Shown one piece after another: positions 20,442 through 31,031 of a stretch of 53,931 nt of DNA. Origin of the DNA: Gemmatimonadota bacterium (lineage in GTDB: Bacteria; Gemmatimonadota; Gemmatimonadetes; Gemmatimonadales; GWC2-71-9); contig JAZDCZ010000075.1 of the NCBI GenBank assembly GCA_036679605.1, positions 1-53,931 on the forward strand, in the 5' to 3' direction. A program made the position numbers and the translations under genes. The first letter of the stretch is position 1. The number at the start of each line of letters is the position of its first letter. A model generated the notes under the pieces. The model worked only from the letters and a program-made list of their open reading frames with translations, was not told the DNA's origin and ran no database searches.

Positions 20442-23400
20442 TGGGAAGCCGCTTGCCTCCTGGTCCTGGTGGCGCTCGGAATGTGGCTAGCCGTTCCGTC
20501 ATTGGAGTGGGCTTTGGTAGCCGGGGGTCTGGCTCTCGTTGCTGCCGCTCTTGCAGTTGGCAGTCGGCGAGTCGGACCTACGTTAGCCACGCTAGCGGGA
20601 TTGGCTGGGACCGTCATCGCACTCCAAACCTCGTGGAAGGTACATAGGGTCGAACTGGACTGGCCAGCGTTGCGCGAAGACCTCATCCAGTCAGCCAGTC
20701 AGAGTTTGGACGCCACCTTGTCCGCTGCAGTTGAACTGGCGCGCTCCCTCGCTGACTCGGCGGCAAGTGTAGGTGACAGCACGGGCAGTTCCAACCGCCA
20801 GAGCGCGTTTCGCCGCCTTGAGAAGGCTCTTGTCAGCGACGGCCCCGAACAGGGGGTCGTTTGGTTGGACGGCGACGATCGACCTAGGGCCTGGGCCGGC
20901 CGGCATCGCTTGGCACCCCAGATGGCCGCCCCGCAGCTCACTGTCCGGATGACTCAGTTCTACGTGATTTTGGAAGCGCGGCGCCTCCGCGGATCCAACA
21001 CCGGGGTAGGTCAGGTTGTGCTTGCGGCGGACAGTGCCGTCCCAGATAGGCAAGGCACCCTGGCCGAACGCTTTGCCAAGAGGACGGGTGTGGGGTTGGC
21101 ATTCTATCCCCCGCGAAGCGCTCCCACGTCAGATGATGTGTTCGACTACAGCCTGGAAGAAGCTGGTTCACCTCCCGACACCCTGTTCAGTATTCAGACG
21201 GTCCCGCCGGCGCAGGGGTCATTCAAGCTGCAACTAGAGGCCTCCGGTGGTCGGTCGGTGGTACTTCTTGCTCTGGTGACCCTACTGCTTCTTCTGGTTT
21301 TTGCCGATGGAGCCGCTCGCTGGCTGGCTGTGATAGCGCTCGCGTCTTTTTTCGTTTTGACACCCGCGGGATCCCGTCTGAATCAGGGTGAACTGTTCTC
21401 TGCCGCCCCCTTCTTTCTCCCTGCGCTAGGTCCGGTTACAGGTTCGGTCGGGAGCTTGCTGGTTTTTGCGGCACTTGGAGTGATCGTGCTCGTGGCACTC
21501 CGTCGACGCCGGCTGCGTAGCAGGGCAGTTGGAACGACCTTGGCGGTTCTCTCTGTAGCACTAGCTCCATTCGCGATGAACGCATTGGCGGGCGGAATCA
21601 CTCCTCCGGCGACGGGAGTTGGGCCCGGACTTTGGATTAGTTGGGAAGCTGCTCTGACCCTCTCGAGTGCCGTTCTGCTGCTGATCGCCGGACAGTTGGT
21701 GCGTAGCGTTCGCCGGACCACCGCACCTGTGTGGACGGCGTGGGTGACGTGGTGTTGGGTTCTGGGCGCTGGGATTCTGGGTCTCTTGATCTGGGATCCC
21801 GCGGCCGGGTGGCCGACTTGGTATCCGTTTTTGTGGTGGCCTGCAATTGCTCTGGCAGTGTTGCCGGCGCCACCTCTGCGCACGGTAACATCTGTTGCCA
21901 CCGTTGCCGGTATGGCCGCCGCATTGCTCACGTGGAGCGCGGTGATTGATGGTCGACTAATCCTCGCCGAGCGTGATGCCGCACGTGTGAACGAAGGCGA
22001 TCCGATTCCCATCGGCATGCTGGAGCGGTTCTCGCAGACGCTGTTGGATGGACAGGTTCCCAGAACAGCAGCATCGCTCTATGCGGCTTGGACTAGGTCG
22101 CCTCTCAGCGAGAACGATTACCCAGCTGTGCTAGCGACATGGGCGCCGGATGGCCGAGAATTGGCGCATCTGGATCTGGCGCATCTGGATCTGCGGTCGG
22201 GACTCTTGCAGGATCTTGCGGCGACCGCGCGTGACAGCATGGTCCCAAGTTTCGACCAGGTTGTGCAGCCACCGGGTGTGCACTACGTGGCAGAGATCCC
22301 CTTTCCCGACGGTTCTGTCGTGTCAGTTGGTGTTGGGCCCCGATCACTCCTCGTCCAGCCGGTTCGGGTGGCAAGGTTTCTCCGCGGTGAGCGCAACTAT
22401 AACGCTCCCTATAGGGTGTTCTTGGGTGAGCCGGTTGGTGATGCCGGCGGAGAGGGGCGCATGATTTGGGATCGGGACGGCTGGATGGTTCGCGGGGTTC
22501 GCACGCTTGCCCCTGAGGGGCTGCGATTCCGCCTACACGTCCAAGTGCCCATCGGAGGTATCGGAAAGCACCTGATACGGGGGGCCCTGGTCCTGCTTGG
22601 GAACATTGCATTGATCGGCCTCTTGTGGCTGGTTGGAGAGGGTCTGAACGGTCGATTGGTCGTTCCCGAAGGCCTGCGTGAATTGACTCGAATCCGATCC
22701 TATAGGACGCGACTCACAATTGCCCTGGCGGGTTTTTTCGTTCTTCCGACCATCGGTTTTGCAGCGTGGGACGTAGGACGTCTTCGTCTAAACGCTGCGC
22801 AGCGGGGGGACCTCCTGATACAGCAGACATTGAGCGATGCGGTGGGTTCGGCCCGTCAGCTCGATACGCTACCAGATAGCGTGCTACGAGGCCGGCTGGC
22901 CGATTTGTCGCGGGACTTGAATGCGGATCTTGCATGGTACAGAGACGGAATTCTGGTCCAGACAACTCCAGGTATTTTAGCAGAACTCGGCCTGTTCGAT
23001 CGCTATATGCAATCCCAAGTGTTTGAACAACTTTTTGTGCGAGACGAATTGGAAGTGACTGCGGATGCGGAGGTCGGTGGGCAGGCGACGCGGGTCGGGT
23101 ATCGAAATATTGGGAGTGTTGGATTACCGACATCGGTGTTGGCGACGCCCCGGCTGGTCGATGTGCGAAGCATTCTCGAGGGCGAAGAGGATCTAGTGCT
23201 GGGGCTGTTGCTAGCCACGCTTGTCGGGCTGGCGGCAGCAGCAGCCTTGGCCGCAGTCGCGGCAAGATCGTTGGCGAAGCCAGTTAGGTCGCTGAGAAGT
23301 GCAGCGCTGGCAATCGGACGAGGTGAACCCATTACGCCGTTCGAGCCGGGCGTGCCAACTGAGTTCCTTTCGGTCGTGGACGCGTTCATCCGAATGGCCC

Positions 23401-24428
23401 AAGACGTTGAGTCGAGTCAGATGGCACTCGAAGCGACGCAGAGAAGAACGGCTGCCGTGCTGCGAAATGTGGCGACTGGCGTCGTGGCTCTTGATCGAGA
23501 TCTCGACATCACTATTGCGAACCGGCGCGCAGAGGAACTTCTAGGGACGGCGCTACATCCGGGCGCCAAAATCGACGGTGCAGGAGGTGCAGAGTGGGAC
23601 CAGGTTTGGCAGTGGGTCAAGTGTTTTCTGGAGGAGGGCTCAGGATCCGCTGCACGAGAATTTGCCGTTGGGAGATTACAGATCAGGGCACAGGCGGCTG
23701 CAATCCACGATACTCCTGGTGCATGTGTCGTGGCTTTGGACGATACCACTGAGTTGACGAAGGCTGTCCGGGTCCTCGCCTGGGGAGAGCTTGCCCGGCA
23801 GATAGCCCACGAGATCAAGAACCCGCTCACGCCGATCCGGCTCGGGGTTCAGCATCTCCAAAGAGCCTATCATAATCCTAAAAGCGATTTTGATGATACG
23901 CTGAATCGCACCTCTCGACAGATACTAGCCGAGATTGAACGCTTAGATGCCATTGCGCGGGCGTTCTCCCGTTTCGGGGCACCTCCGGAAGAAGCTGGTC
24001 CGTTGGAGCCCTCAGATGTCGCGCTGATCGCATGTGATACGGCTGAACTATATCGCTTGGCAGACGGAACCGCCGTAGAGGTCGTGTCCGATGGCCATGT
24101 GGTCGCGTCGGTTCGCAAGGATGAAGTGAAAGAGGTGCTTGTGAACCTGGTGGAGAATGCCAGAGATGCCGACGCGGCTAACGTCGAGATCGCGGTCAGA
24201 GGTGACGAACCTGGTGTTGTTACACTAACTGTAACGGATGACGGGCACGGAATCGCCCTGTCGGATCAAGGACGGATCTTCGAACCTCAGTTTTCGACAA
24301 CTACCAGCGGGACAGGTCTCGGTTTGGCGATCTGTAAGCGTCTAGTAGAGTCCTGGGGTGGAACTATTCGGGTTACGAGCGAGGATGGTAAGGGAACAGT
24401 TGTACGGATAGTCATGGAGGTGGGCTAG
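20424..24428 (+). CDS. Large multi-TM sensor histidine kinase (HAMP-PAS-HisKA-HATPase; NtrY-like core); start uncertain (20424 TTG or 20481 ATG)
   Basis: Many TM helices; AWGELARQIAHEIKNPLTPI H-box, NLVENA N-box, DDGHGI, FEPQFSTT.SGTGLGL. Confidence 0.92.
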   Translation: MIRLAHWEAACLLVLVALGMWLAVPSLEWALVAGGLALVAAALAVGSRRVGPTLATLAGLAGTVIALQTSWKVHRVELDWPALREDLIQSASQSLDATLSAAVELARSLADSAASVGDSTGSSNRQSAFRRLEKALVSDGPEQGVVWLDGDDRPRAWAGRHRLAPQMAAPQLTVRMTQFYVILEARRLRGSNTGVGQVVLAADSAVPDRQGTLAERFAKRTGVGLAFYPPRSAPTSDDVFDYSLEEAGSPPDTLFSIQTVPPAQGSFKLQLEASGGRSVVLLALVTLLLLLVFADGAARWLAVIALASFFVLTPAGSRLNQGELFSAAPFFLPALGPVTGSVGSLLVFAALGVIVLVALRRRRLRSRAVGTTLAVLSVALAPFAMNALAGGITPPATGVGPGLWISWEAALTLSSAVLLLIAGQLVRSVRRTTAPVWTAWVTWCWVLGAGILGLLIWDPAAGWPTWYPFLWWPAIALAVLPAPPLRTVTSVATVAGMAAALLTWSAVIDGRLILAERDAARVNEGDPIPIGMLERFSQTLLDGQVPRTAASLYAAWTRSPLSENDYPAVLATWAPDGRELAHLDLAHLDLRSGLLQDLAATARDSMVPSFDQVVQPPGVHYVAEIPFPDGSVVSVGVGPRSLLVQPVRVARFLRGERNYNAPYRVFLGEPVGDAGGEGRMIWDRDGWMVRGVRTLAPEGLRFRLHVQVPIGGIGKHLIRGALVLLGNIALIGLLWLVGEGLNGRLVVPEGLRELTRIRSYRTRLTIALAGFFVLPTIGFAAWDVGRLRLNAAQRGDLLIQQTLSDAVGSARQLDTLPDSVLRGRLADLSRDLNADLAWYRDGILVQTTPGILAELGLFDRYMQSQVFEQLFVRDELEVTADAEVGGQATRVGYRNIGSVGLPTSVLATPRLVDVRSILEGEEDLVLGLLLATLVGLAAAAALAAVAARSLAKPVRSLRSAALAIGRGEPITPFEPGVPTEFLSVVDAFIRMAQDVESSQMALEATQRRTAAVLRNVATGVVALDRDLDITIANRRAEELLGTALHPGAKIDGAGGAEWDQVWQWVKCFLEEGSGSAAREFAVGRLQIRAQAAAIHDTPGACVVALDDTTELTKAVRVLAWGELARQIAHEIKNPLTPIRLGVQHLQRAYHNPKSDFDDTLNRTSRQILAEIERLDAIARAFSRFGAPPEEAGPLEPSDVALIACDTAELYRLADGTAVEVVSDGHVVASVRKDEVKEVLVNLVENARDADAANVEIAVRGDEPGVVTLTVTDDGHGIALSDQGRIFEPQFSTTTSGTGLGLAICKRLVESWGGTIRVTSEDGKGTVVRIVMEVG
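22162..22191 (+). repeat. Perfect 15-bp tandem duplication inside the kinase gene
   Basis: TGGCGCATCTGGATC x2, encoding LAHLDLAHLDL in frame. Confidence 0.85.
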
Positions 24429-25162
24429 AAGCAAGCGGCTGGCCTGGCAATCTTGCTTCCAGTGGTCCAAATCAAGATCACCCCGGAGTACCTTGGGCTA
24501 TTGATGCTCTTGCGAAACTCATTTGCTGATGCAGATCCACGGCGGATTTCGACGCACTCCACGTCTCTGGAGTCGAGATAGAAGGTCAGGGGCGGTGTAA
24601 TGATAGTCCCGTCAATGACGTAGAGGACACCGTTCACGTTGCCGCGCATGACTATTCTGGTGTCGTCACGGCGGCCCGTTATCTTGACTCCAGCGACGAC
24701 ACCCTGGAGGGCGTTCAAGATGTTGCCTCTCTGTGGAAGTTGTTCCTTCCGCACCACGATGGCCCCTGGGAAGGAAGCGCGCGTATTCGGGCGCTCACCT
24801 GTTACCTCGACACCACTCACGTTGAATGCCAGCGGGGCGAGCTTGAAACTGACATCGACAGTGGCTTTGGGAAGGACCGTGTAGTAGTCAGAGGTAATGG
24901 GGAGGAATCCCAGCAAGTTGGTTCTTACTTTGACGAGTCCCGGGGACACACTGTCGATAACGTATTTGCCGTCGGCATCGGTCGTGGCGGTCCGCGTGGA
25001 GCGAAGTAGTGCCACGACGGCATCTACAAGGGGGGCGCCAGTGATAGCGTTGGTAATCCGGCCTGAGATGGTTCCAACGTCTTGCGAGGAAAGACCAGGA
25101 GCGGCCAGCAAGAAGCTTGTTGCTACGAGACTCATAACACGGGTTAATTGGCGATCTCTCAT
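24425..25162 (-). CDS. Secreted protein: carboxypeptidase-regulatory-like domain + TonB plug-like domain, no barrel
   Basis: Signal peptide; GTISGRIT...G.PL..A.V...TDADGKY; YVIDG...DVECVEI.RG...YSGVILIWT. Confidence 0.75.
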   Translation of the reverse strand: MRDRQLTRVMSLVATSFLLAAPGLSSQDVGTISGRITNAITGAPLVDAVVALLRSTRTATTDADGKYVIDSVSPGLVKVRTNLLGFLPITSDYYTVLPKATVDVSFKLAPLAFNVSGVEVTGERPNTRASFPGAIVVRKEQLPQRGNILNALQGVVAGVKITGRRDDTRIVMRGNVNGVLYVIDGTIITPPLTFYLDSRDVECVEIRRGSASANEFRKSINSPRYSGVILIWTTGSKIARPAACF

Positions 25163-25387
25163 ATTGCCTTCACCGGTTCGCAAGGACCCAGACCCCGACG
25201 GCAAGAGTCTCAGCAAAACCACGGTTGTCTGGGATCCTGCCCTGCGTTTAAATATACGGTCGGTGCTGTAGCCAGCAAGCGGCCATCACCCCAACGAGTG
25301 GAACCCGCGACGGGCTCTAAGGATCCCGTGGCGCCGAGTATGGGTTAAATTAGTACCATCAGGCACCGTCCATTCCTGGAGACATCG

Positions 25388-26311
25388 ATGCTCATAAAGC
25401 GTTCTAACGACATCCGTTCGGCCGAGATAACCGACGAGTCGCTGTTCTGGAATCGGCGGCGGTTCGTCGGCGCCGGGGTAGCGGCAGCCGCCGCGGTAAT
25501 CCCTTGGCCGTCGGCAGCGTCTGCTGCTACTAACCCGCTGACCGAAGGCATAGGTGGTGACGAACTGACTCCGTATGACGCGGTAACCAGCTATAACAAC
25601 TTTTACGAGTTCGGCACACGCAAGGATGATCCTGCGCAGCATGCCCATACGTTGCGGCCGCGGCCATGGAGCATTGCCGTGGATGGTGAGGTACACAAGC
25701 CAACGGTTTTCGACATTGAAGACATCCTCAAGAGATTTCCCACCGAGGAACGGATTTACCGGTTGAGATGTGTGGAGGCATGGTCTATGGTGATTCCATG
25801 GATGGGTTTTCCGCTGGCAAGTCTGCTGAAAGCCGTGGAACCGACATCGAATGCCAAGTACGTCGGCTTCACGACGCTTCACGATCCGGAGCAGATGCCT
25901 GGTCAGCGGAGAAGTGTCCTGCAGTGGCCCTACGTTGAAGGCCTCCGTCTCGATGAGGCGCTGCATCCTCTGACCATCATGGGTACCGGTCTCTATGGGA
26001 AGGAACTTCTCAACCAAAACGGAGCGCCCATTCGGTTGGTTGTTCCATGGAAGTACGGATTCAAGAGTATCAAGTCCATCGTCAAGATTCGGTTGCTTAG
26101 GGACCAGCCACCTACATCTTGGAATCTGTCAGCGCCCTACGAGTACGGCTTCTATGCCAACGTCAATCCCGAAGTCGATCATCCGCGCTGGAGTCAGCGA
26201 CGCGAACGCCGGATCGGAAAATTTCTCAAGCAGCCGACATTGAAATTCAACGGGTATGCAGAAGAAGTCGCCCATCTGTACAGAGGGATGGACCTCCAAA
26301 AGTATTACTAG
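25388..26311 (+). CDS. msrP: Protein-methionine-sulfoxide reductase catalytic subunit MsrP
   Basis: EIT....F.NRRRF Tat signal; [34 protein letters not shown] and [15 protein letters not shown] motifs. Confidence 0.97.
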   Translation: MLIKRSNDIRSAEITDESLFWNRRRFVGAGVAAAAAVIPWPSAASAATNPLTEGIGGDELTPYDAVTSYNNFYEFGTRKDDPAQHAHTLRPRPWSIAVDGEVHKPTVFDIEDILKRFPTEERIYRLRCVEAWSMVIPWMGFPLASLLKAVEPTSNAKYVGFTTLHDPEQMPGQRRSVLQWPYVEGLRLDEALHPLTIMGTGLYGKELLNQNGAPIRLVVPWKYGFKSIKSIVKIRLLRDQPPTSWNLSAPYEYGFYANVNPEVDHPRWSQRRERRIGKFLKQPTLKFNGYAEEVAHLYRGMDLQKYY

Positions 26312-26317
26312 AGTGCG

Positions 26318-26956
26318 GTGAAAGGCCGAAAGTGGGTCGCGCTGCTGAGACCCCCCATATTCCTGGCGTCACTGGTGCCGGCGGCGCTCATCGTGTGGGA
26401 CACGGTCACGGGCCACCTGAGTGCCAATCCGATAGAAGATGTCACCCACAGGACGGGCCGGTGGGGATTGTCGTTTCTCTTGCTCACCCTCGCTGTTACG
26501 CCGTTGCGTCGGTTGACGGGTTTTTCGCATCTCATCTTGCTGCGCCGCATGCTGGGCCTCTTCGCGTTCTTTTATCTATCGACGCATTTCGCGATCTATA
26601 TTGGGCTGGATCAGTTTTTTTCGATACGGGACATTGTGGAAGATGTGGCGAAGCGTCCCTACATTACGGTCGGTTTCGCCAGCTTCGTGCTCTTGGTGCC
26701 TCTTGCGGTTACCTCCACCAAGAAAATGGTCAAGCGAATAGGAGGAAGGCGCTGGACACGACTTCACCAGCTAGTTTACGTGACCGCTGCAGGCGGCGTG
26801 TTGCATTTTCTCTGGCTAGTGAAGGCGGACACGCGTGACCCGACAATCTACGGAAGCATTTTGGTGGTGTTGCTCGGGCTTAGGTTAGGCCTTCGGAGAG
26901 GCAGGACTTTTGCCAGACCAAGAGCCAAACCAGCCGAGGACTTAGATGACTGCTAG
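26318..26956 (+). CDS. msrQ: Heme-binding membrane subunit MsrQ
   Basis: LAVTPLR, RRMLGL.AFFY...H, KRPYITVG and W..LH.LVY...LH motifs. Confidence 0.95.
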   Translation: MKGRKWVALLRPPIFLASLVPAALIVWDTVTGHLSANPIEDVTHRTGRWGLSFLLLTLAVTPLRRLTGFSHLILLRRMLGLFAFFYLSTHFAIYIGLDQFFSIRDIVEDVAKRPYITVGFASFVLLVPLAVTSTKKMVKRIGGRRWTRLHQLVYVTAAGGVLHFLWLVKADTRDPTIYGSILVVLLGLRLGLRRGRTFARPRAKPAEDLDDC

Positions 26957-28610
26957 CAAAGTATTTGTGGGCCTGTCGGTAGCTTGCTCGACCATTCTCT
27001 GGGCCGGCGGATGCTCAGATGGCGTACCTCAGCGCGCGTTGGATTCAATCACACCTGATGGACTGTCGGCTGACATCAAGACGCTGTCATCAGACGCGTT
27101 CGAGGGCCGCGGGCCGTCTTCTCTTGGTGAGGAAAAGACGATCGCGTTTATTTCCGAACGATTTGAGGATCTAGGTATCGCGCCAGGTAACCATGGGACC
27201 TTCCTGCAAGAGGTCCCGTTGGTGTCGATTACGGCCGATCCCAGCAGTCTGCTTCGGATTCGCGGACGCAATGGAACTCAGCGATTCCAGTATGGCGATC
27301 AGTACATGGCGTGGACGAAGCGAGTGGTACCGGAAGCTCGTATCGCCAATTCGGAGATGGTCTTCGTGGGCTACGGTGTTGTTGCGCCCGAGTACGGCTG
27401 GAATGACTACGACGGGATCGATGTTGCAGGGAAGACAGTCGTAATCCTCGTGAATGATCCTGGTTTCGCCACCCAGGATACCGCGCTGTTCAACGGCAAT
27501 TCCATGACCTATTACGGGCGCTGGACCTACAAGTACGAAGAAGCAGCGCGACAGGGAGCAGCCGGCGCGCTCATCGTCCATGAGACGGAGCCGGCGGCGT
27601 ACCCCTGGGAGGTGGTAACTGGAAGCTGGTCTGGTCCTCAGTTCGGGCTTGTGCCGGCCGACAACAACATGTCGCGCGTTGCGATCGAAGGATGGCTCAC
27701 TGTGGCCACTGCGCGAGCTGTTTTTGCGGCGGCGAATCTCGATTACGATTCATTGAAGACTCAAGCCAAGGACTCTGGATTTGAGGCAGTACCAATGGGT
27801 CTCGATGCTACGCTTGCGTTGAAGAACACGATCGACCGCTCCATCTCGCACAACGTGTTGGGTGTGCTCCGAGGTACCGAGCGTGCGGACGAGTACGTGG
27901 TCTACATGGCTCACTGGGACCACCTGGGTCGCGACCAGAGTCTGAGTGGAGATCAGATTTACAATGGGGCAGAGGACAACGCGAGCGGCACAGCGGGCCT
28001 GTTGCAACTGGCAAAGGCGTTCGCATCGTTAGAGACACCTCCCTTGCGTTCGCTCCTGTTCCTAGCGGTTACGGCGGAAGAGCAAGGGCTCTTGGGTTCA
28101 AGTCACTACGCCTCGAATCCGGTTTACCCGCCTGAAAAGACAGTGGCAGTAATCAACATGGACGGGCTCGATCTACTGGGCCCGATGCGTGATATCAGCG
28201 TAGTGGGCTATGGCAACTCGGAACTCGACGATTACTTGGCAGATGCGGCCAAGATCCAAGGTCGGGTGATCCGGCCCGACGCAGAACCAGAGGCGGGCTA
28301 CTACTACCGCTCAGACCACTTCAATTTTGCGAAGGTTGGGATTCCCGCACTGTATCCAGATGCAGGGCTCGATCACGTCGAGCACGGGGAGGAGTGGACT
28401 AGCGAGCAGAGAGACGATTACAGGGCGAACAGATATCACAAACCTGCGGACGAGTTCAACCCAAACTGGGATTTGTCAGGGGCGGTTCTGGATCTCCGTT
28501 TGTTCTTCAGCGTCGGCTACAGATTGGCGAGTGAATCGACATTTCCCAACTGGCGGGAGGGCACCGAGTTTAGGGCGAAACGGGACTCGATGATGGCTGG
28601 AGCCCAGTAA
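26946..28610 (+). CDS. M28-family metallopeptidase with PA domain (lipoprotein)
   Basis: LSSDAFEGR, AHWDHLG, GAEDNASG, TAEEQGLLGS, RSDHF and YHKPADE motifs. Confidence 0.92.
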   Translation: MTASKVFVGLSVACSTILWAGGCSDGVPQRALDSITPDGLSADIKTLSSDAFEGRGPSSLGEEKTIAFISERFEDLGIAPGNHGTFLQEVPLVSITADPSSLLRIRGRNGTQRFQYGDQYMAWTKRVVPEARIANSEMVFVGYGVVAPEYGWNDYDGIDVAGKTVVILVNDPGFATQDTALFNGNSMTYYGRWTYKYEEAARQGAAGALIVHETEPAAYPWEVVTGSWSGPQFGLVPADNNMSRVAIEGWLTVATARAVFAAANLDYDSLKTQAKDSGFEAVPMGLDATLALKNTIDRSISHNVLGVLRGTERADEYVVYMAHWDHLGRDQSLSGDQIYNGAEDNASGTAGLLQLAKAFASLETPPLRSLLFLAVTAEEQGLLGSSHYASNPVYPPEKTVAVINMDGLDLLGPMRDISVVGYGNSELDDYLADAAKIQGRVIRPDAEPEAGYYYRSDHFNFAKVGIPALYPDAGLDHVEHGEEWTSEQRDDYRANRYHKPADEFNPNWDLSGAVLDLRLFFSVGYRLASESTFPNWREGTEFRAKRDSMMAGAQ

Positions 28611-28618
28611 CGACTATG

Positions 28619-29686
28619 CTAGAACGTGGCGGCCGTTACGATGGCAATGGTGTCTCCGCGCGGTATCACTTCGCCAATGACAGCTGCCGCTGCGGTTTGC
28701 CGACACTGGAGATCGGCGACCAAGGCGTCTGCACTAGAGCGATCTACGGCTATTAGCAATCCGCCCGAGGTTTGCGCGTCGGCCAGGAGTATCCTGTCGA
28801 TCTGGCTAACGGAGTTCTCCCACGCGGTGAACTTGTTGATCGCGTCGAGGTTCCGTTGGGTTCCGCCGGGAACCACGTCTTGCTCGATCAACGGCTTCAC
28901 CAATTCGAAAACGGGCAAGCTTCCCGCGAAAATCTTGGCACTCTGTACGCTGGATTCCAGCATGTTGCTCAGGTGACCTAACAGACCAAACCCCGTCACG
29001 TCGGTGGCGGCGTGTACTGCGCCACCGAGCGAGCGCATTGCACGTGCGGCGTCGGCGTTCAGTGTGGCCATGACGCCAATAGCCTCTTGCATATCCTCTT
29101 CGGTGATCGTGTCCCGCTTGAGGCCCGTAGCCAGAATCCCAGTTCCCAGCGGCTTAGTAAGGACTAAGACGTCGCCAGGGCGCGCGTTGGCATTGGTCAC
29201 GATCTCAGACGGGTGAGCCTCGCCGATCGTCACCATTCCAAACTTCGGTTCTTTGTCGTCGACTGAGTGCCCTCCGAGAATGAGGGCACCTGCCTCTCGT
29301 GCTACATCGGCTCCGCCACGCATAGTTTCTCCCAACAGTTGCAGCATGTCCGGGTCACGCGGCCATGCGACCAAGTTGAGTGCAAGTAGCGGTGTCGCAC
29401 CCATCGCAAACAAATCGCTGAAGGCGTTGGCGGCGGCGATTCTGCCAAACTGGTAAGGGTCGTCGACTATGGGCGCAAAAAAGTCCACTGTGGCTACAAG
29501 AGCGCGATCATCAGTCAGTTGGAAAACTGCCGCATCATCGCGCGTAGCCGCATCGACAAGAACGCGAGCATCGTCTACTTCCGGTACATGGCGCAGCACC
29601 TGCGCCAGCTCATCAGCGCTGAGCTTGCTGGCTCAACCTGCGCCGTGCGACAGTGATGTCAGTCGGATGCGACGTTTCTGATCCAT
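28619..29686 (-). CDS. selD: Selenide, water dikinase SelD; selenoprotein (UGA=Sec at codon 18, 29633-29635)
   Basis: Reading through the in-frame TGA gives MDQKRRIRLTSLSHGAG-U-ASKLS, aligning with E. coli SelD RLTQYSHGAGCGCK; DDAAV, TVDFF, GGHS, DVTGFGLLGH and DAQTSGGLL motifs. Confidence 0.95.
29604..29632 (-). promoter_or_regulatory. Putative bacterial SECIS hairpin immediately 3' of the selD UGA
   Basis: GCCAG-CAAG-CTCA-GCGCTGA-TGAG-CTGGC folds into a bulged stem-loop starting at the first base after the UGA. Confidence 0.6.
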
Positions 29687-29794
29687 TGGGGAATCAGACA
29701 TAACTTTTCTCGCTCCTGTGGAGTACGGTGATAGGTAGGATAACCCGAGTGGCTGGCGAGTAGGGAGTAGGGAGCCTCGCCAAAACTGATCTAG

Positions 29795-31015
29795 CTAGCC
29801 CAGTCCTCCCGCCAGCTTCGAGGCGTCTGGCGATCGCATCAATCTCCACATCGCCCAAATGCCGAACGCCGGTCCTGGAACCAGGGTGACGAACGCCCAG
29901 CGCCATCCGATGGCGTCGGCAGCTGCGGGAATGAGACGGATGGACAACAATGTCAGAAGGAAGCCCATGGCCGTTTGCATTGTCAGTTGAGTGCCCATGT
30001 ACTCCGGGTCGGAGAGCTCGCTGACACTCGTGCTGAACTGAGCGGAATCAGCGACGACTGCGAACCCCCAGATCAGGGCCACGGCGATAACAGCCCATGG
30101 AGCTCTCCCGAACAGCAACCCGATCGACACTGCGCAGGCTCCGCTGATTGCCATACTTGTAATTGTGGTACGCGTTCGTCCCCAGCGATCGGCTAGGTGG
30201 CCTGCAAGCAGGCTACCCAAGCCTCCCAGGGCAATGATCCCGAACGTGCTGATGGATGCCATTCGTTGGATCGTTGCTGCATCCTGTTGTGGATCGGAGG
30301 CACGCAACGATTCTGCCAGAAAGAACGGAATCCAGATCCACATGGCATATAGCTCCCACATGTGGCCGAGGTATCCGAAGTTTGCTAGCCGGAGGGATCG
30401 GATTCCAAGTGCCTTGCGCATGTGGCGCCATTGAAATTGAGGCGCTTCGGATCGATACGGACCCAAATGGCCCGTGAACCAACAGAGCGCTGCTCCCAGT
30501 ACCGCCAGTACGCTGACTATGTATAGAACCGGCTCCCATGATCCTATGTCGCCAAACGCCCGAACCATATGAGGAGACGCAGTCCCTATTGTGAGGGCGC
30601 CGACCAGCAGTCCGATGCCGAGTCCTCGATCTTCTTTGGTCCACGTAGCCATGATCTTCATGCCCACTGGATAGACTGCGGCCAAAGACATTCCGGTTCC
30701 AAAGCGCATTATTGTAGCGGCCACGAATCCCAAGTGCAGCAGGGGAATGAGGGCGTTGAGCAGAGCGCCGATCATGGCTCCGGTAGCGAACACCCTGCGT
30801 GGTTCCCAGACGTCTGGGATATTGAATAAGGCACTCATGATCGCTCCGGCTACAAAGCCCAGTTGCACTGACATCGTCAGCCAGGCAGCCGTCCCACCCG
30901 TCAAGTTCCAGGTTTCCATCAACGCCGGCACTACCGCGGTGGCGGAAAACCATAGGCTCATGGCGAGTAGCTCTGCCAGGGCCAGCGCGAGAATTATTCG
31001 CCACTTTCTATTCAC
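29795..31015 (-). CDS. MFS transporter
   Basis: About 12 TM helices; motif A GHLADRWGRTR; GYLGHMWELYAMW and ADSAQFS motifs. Confidence 0.9.
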   Translation of the reverse strand: MNRKWRIILALALAELLAMSLWFSATAVVPALMETWNLTGGTAAWLTMSVQLGFVAGAIMSALFNIPDVWEPRRVFATGAMIGALLNALIPLLHLGFVAATIMRFGTGMSLAAVYPVGMKIMATWTKEDRGLGIGLLVGALTIGTASPHMVRAFGDIGSWEPVLYIVSVLAVLGAALCWFTGHLGPYRSEAPQFQWRHMRKALGIRSLRLANFGYLGHMWELYAMWIWIPFFLAESLRASDPQQDAATIQRMASISTFGIIALGGLGSLLAGHLADRWGRTRTTITSMAISGACAVSIGLLFGRAPWAVIAVALIWGFAVVADSAQFSTSVSELSDPEYMGTQLTMQTAMGFLLTLLSIRLIPAAADAIGWRWAFVTLVPGPAFGIWAMWRLMRSPDASKLAGGLG

Positions 31016-31031
31016 GTCTGGTGCGGGATCA

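Noticed and set aside
25280..25387. Possible Moco riboswitch upstream of msrP
   Set aside because: No recognisable conserved Moco-motif 3' elements; only weak hairpins
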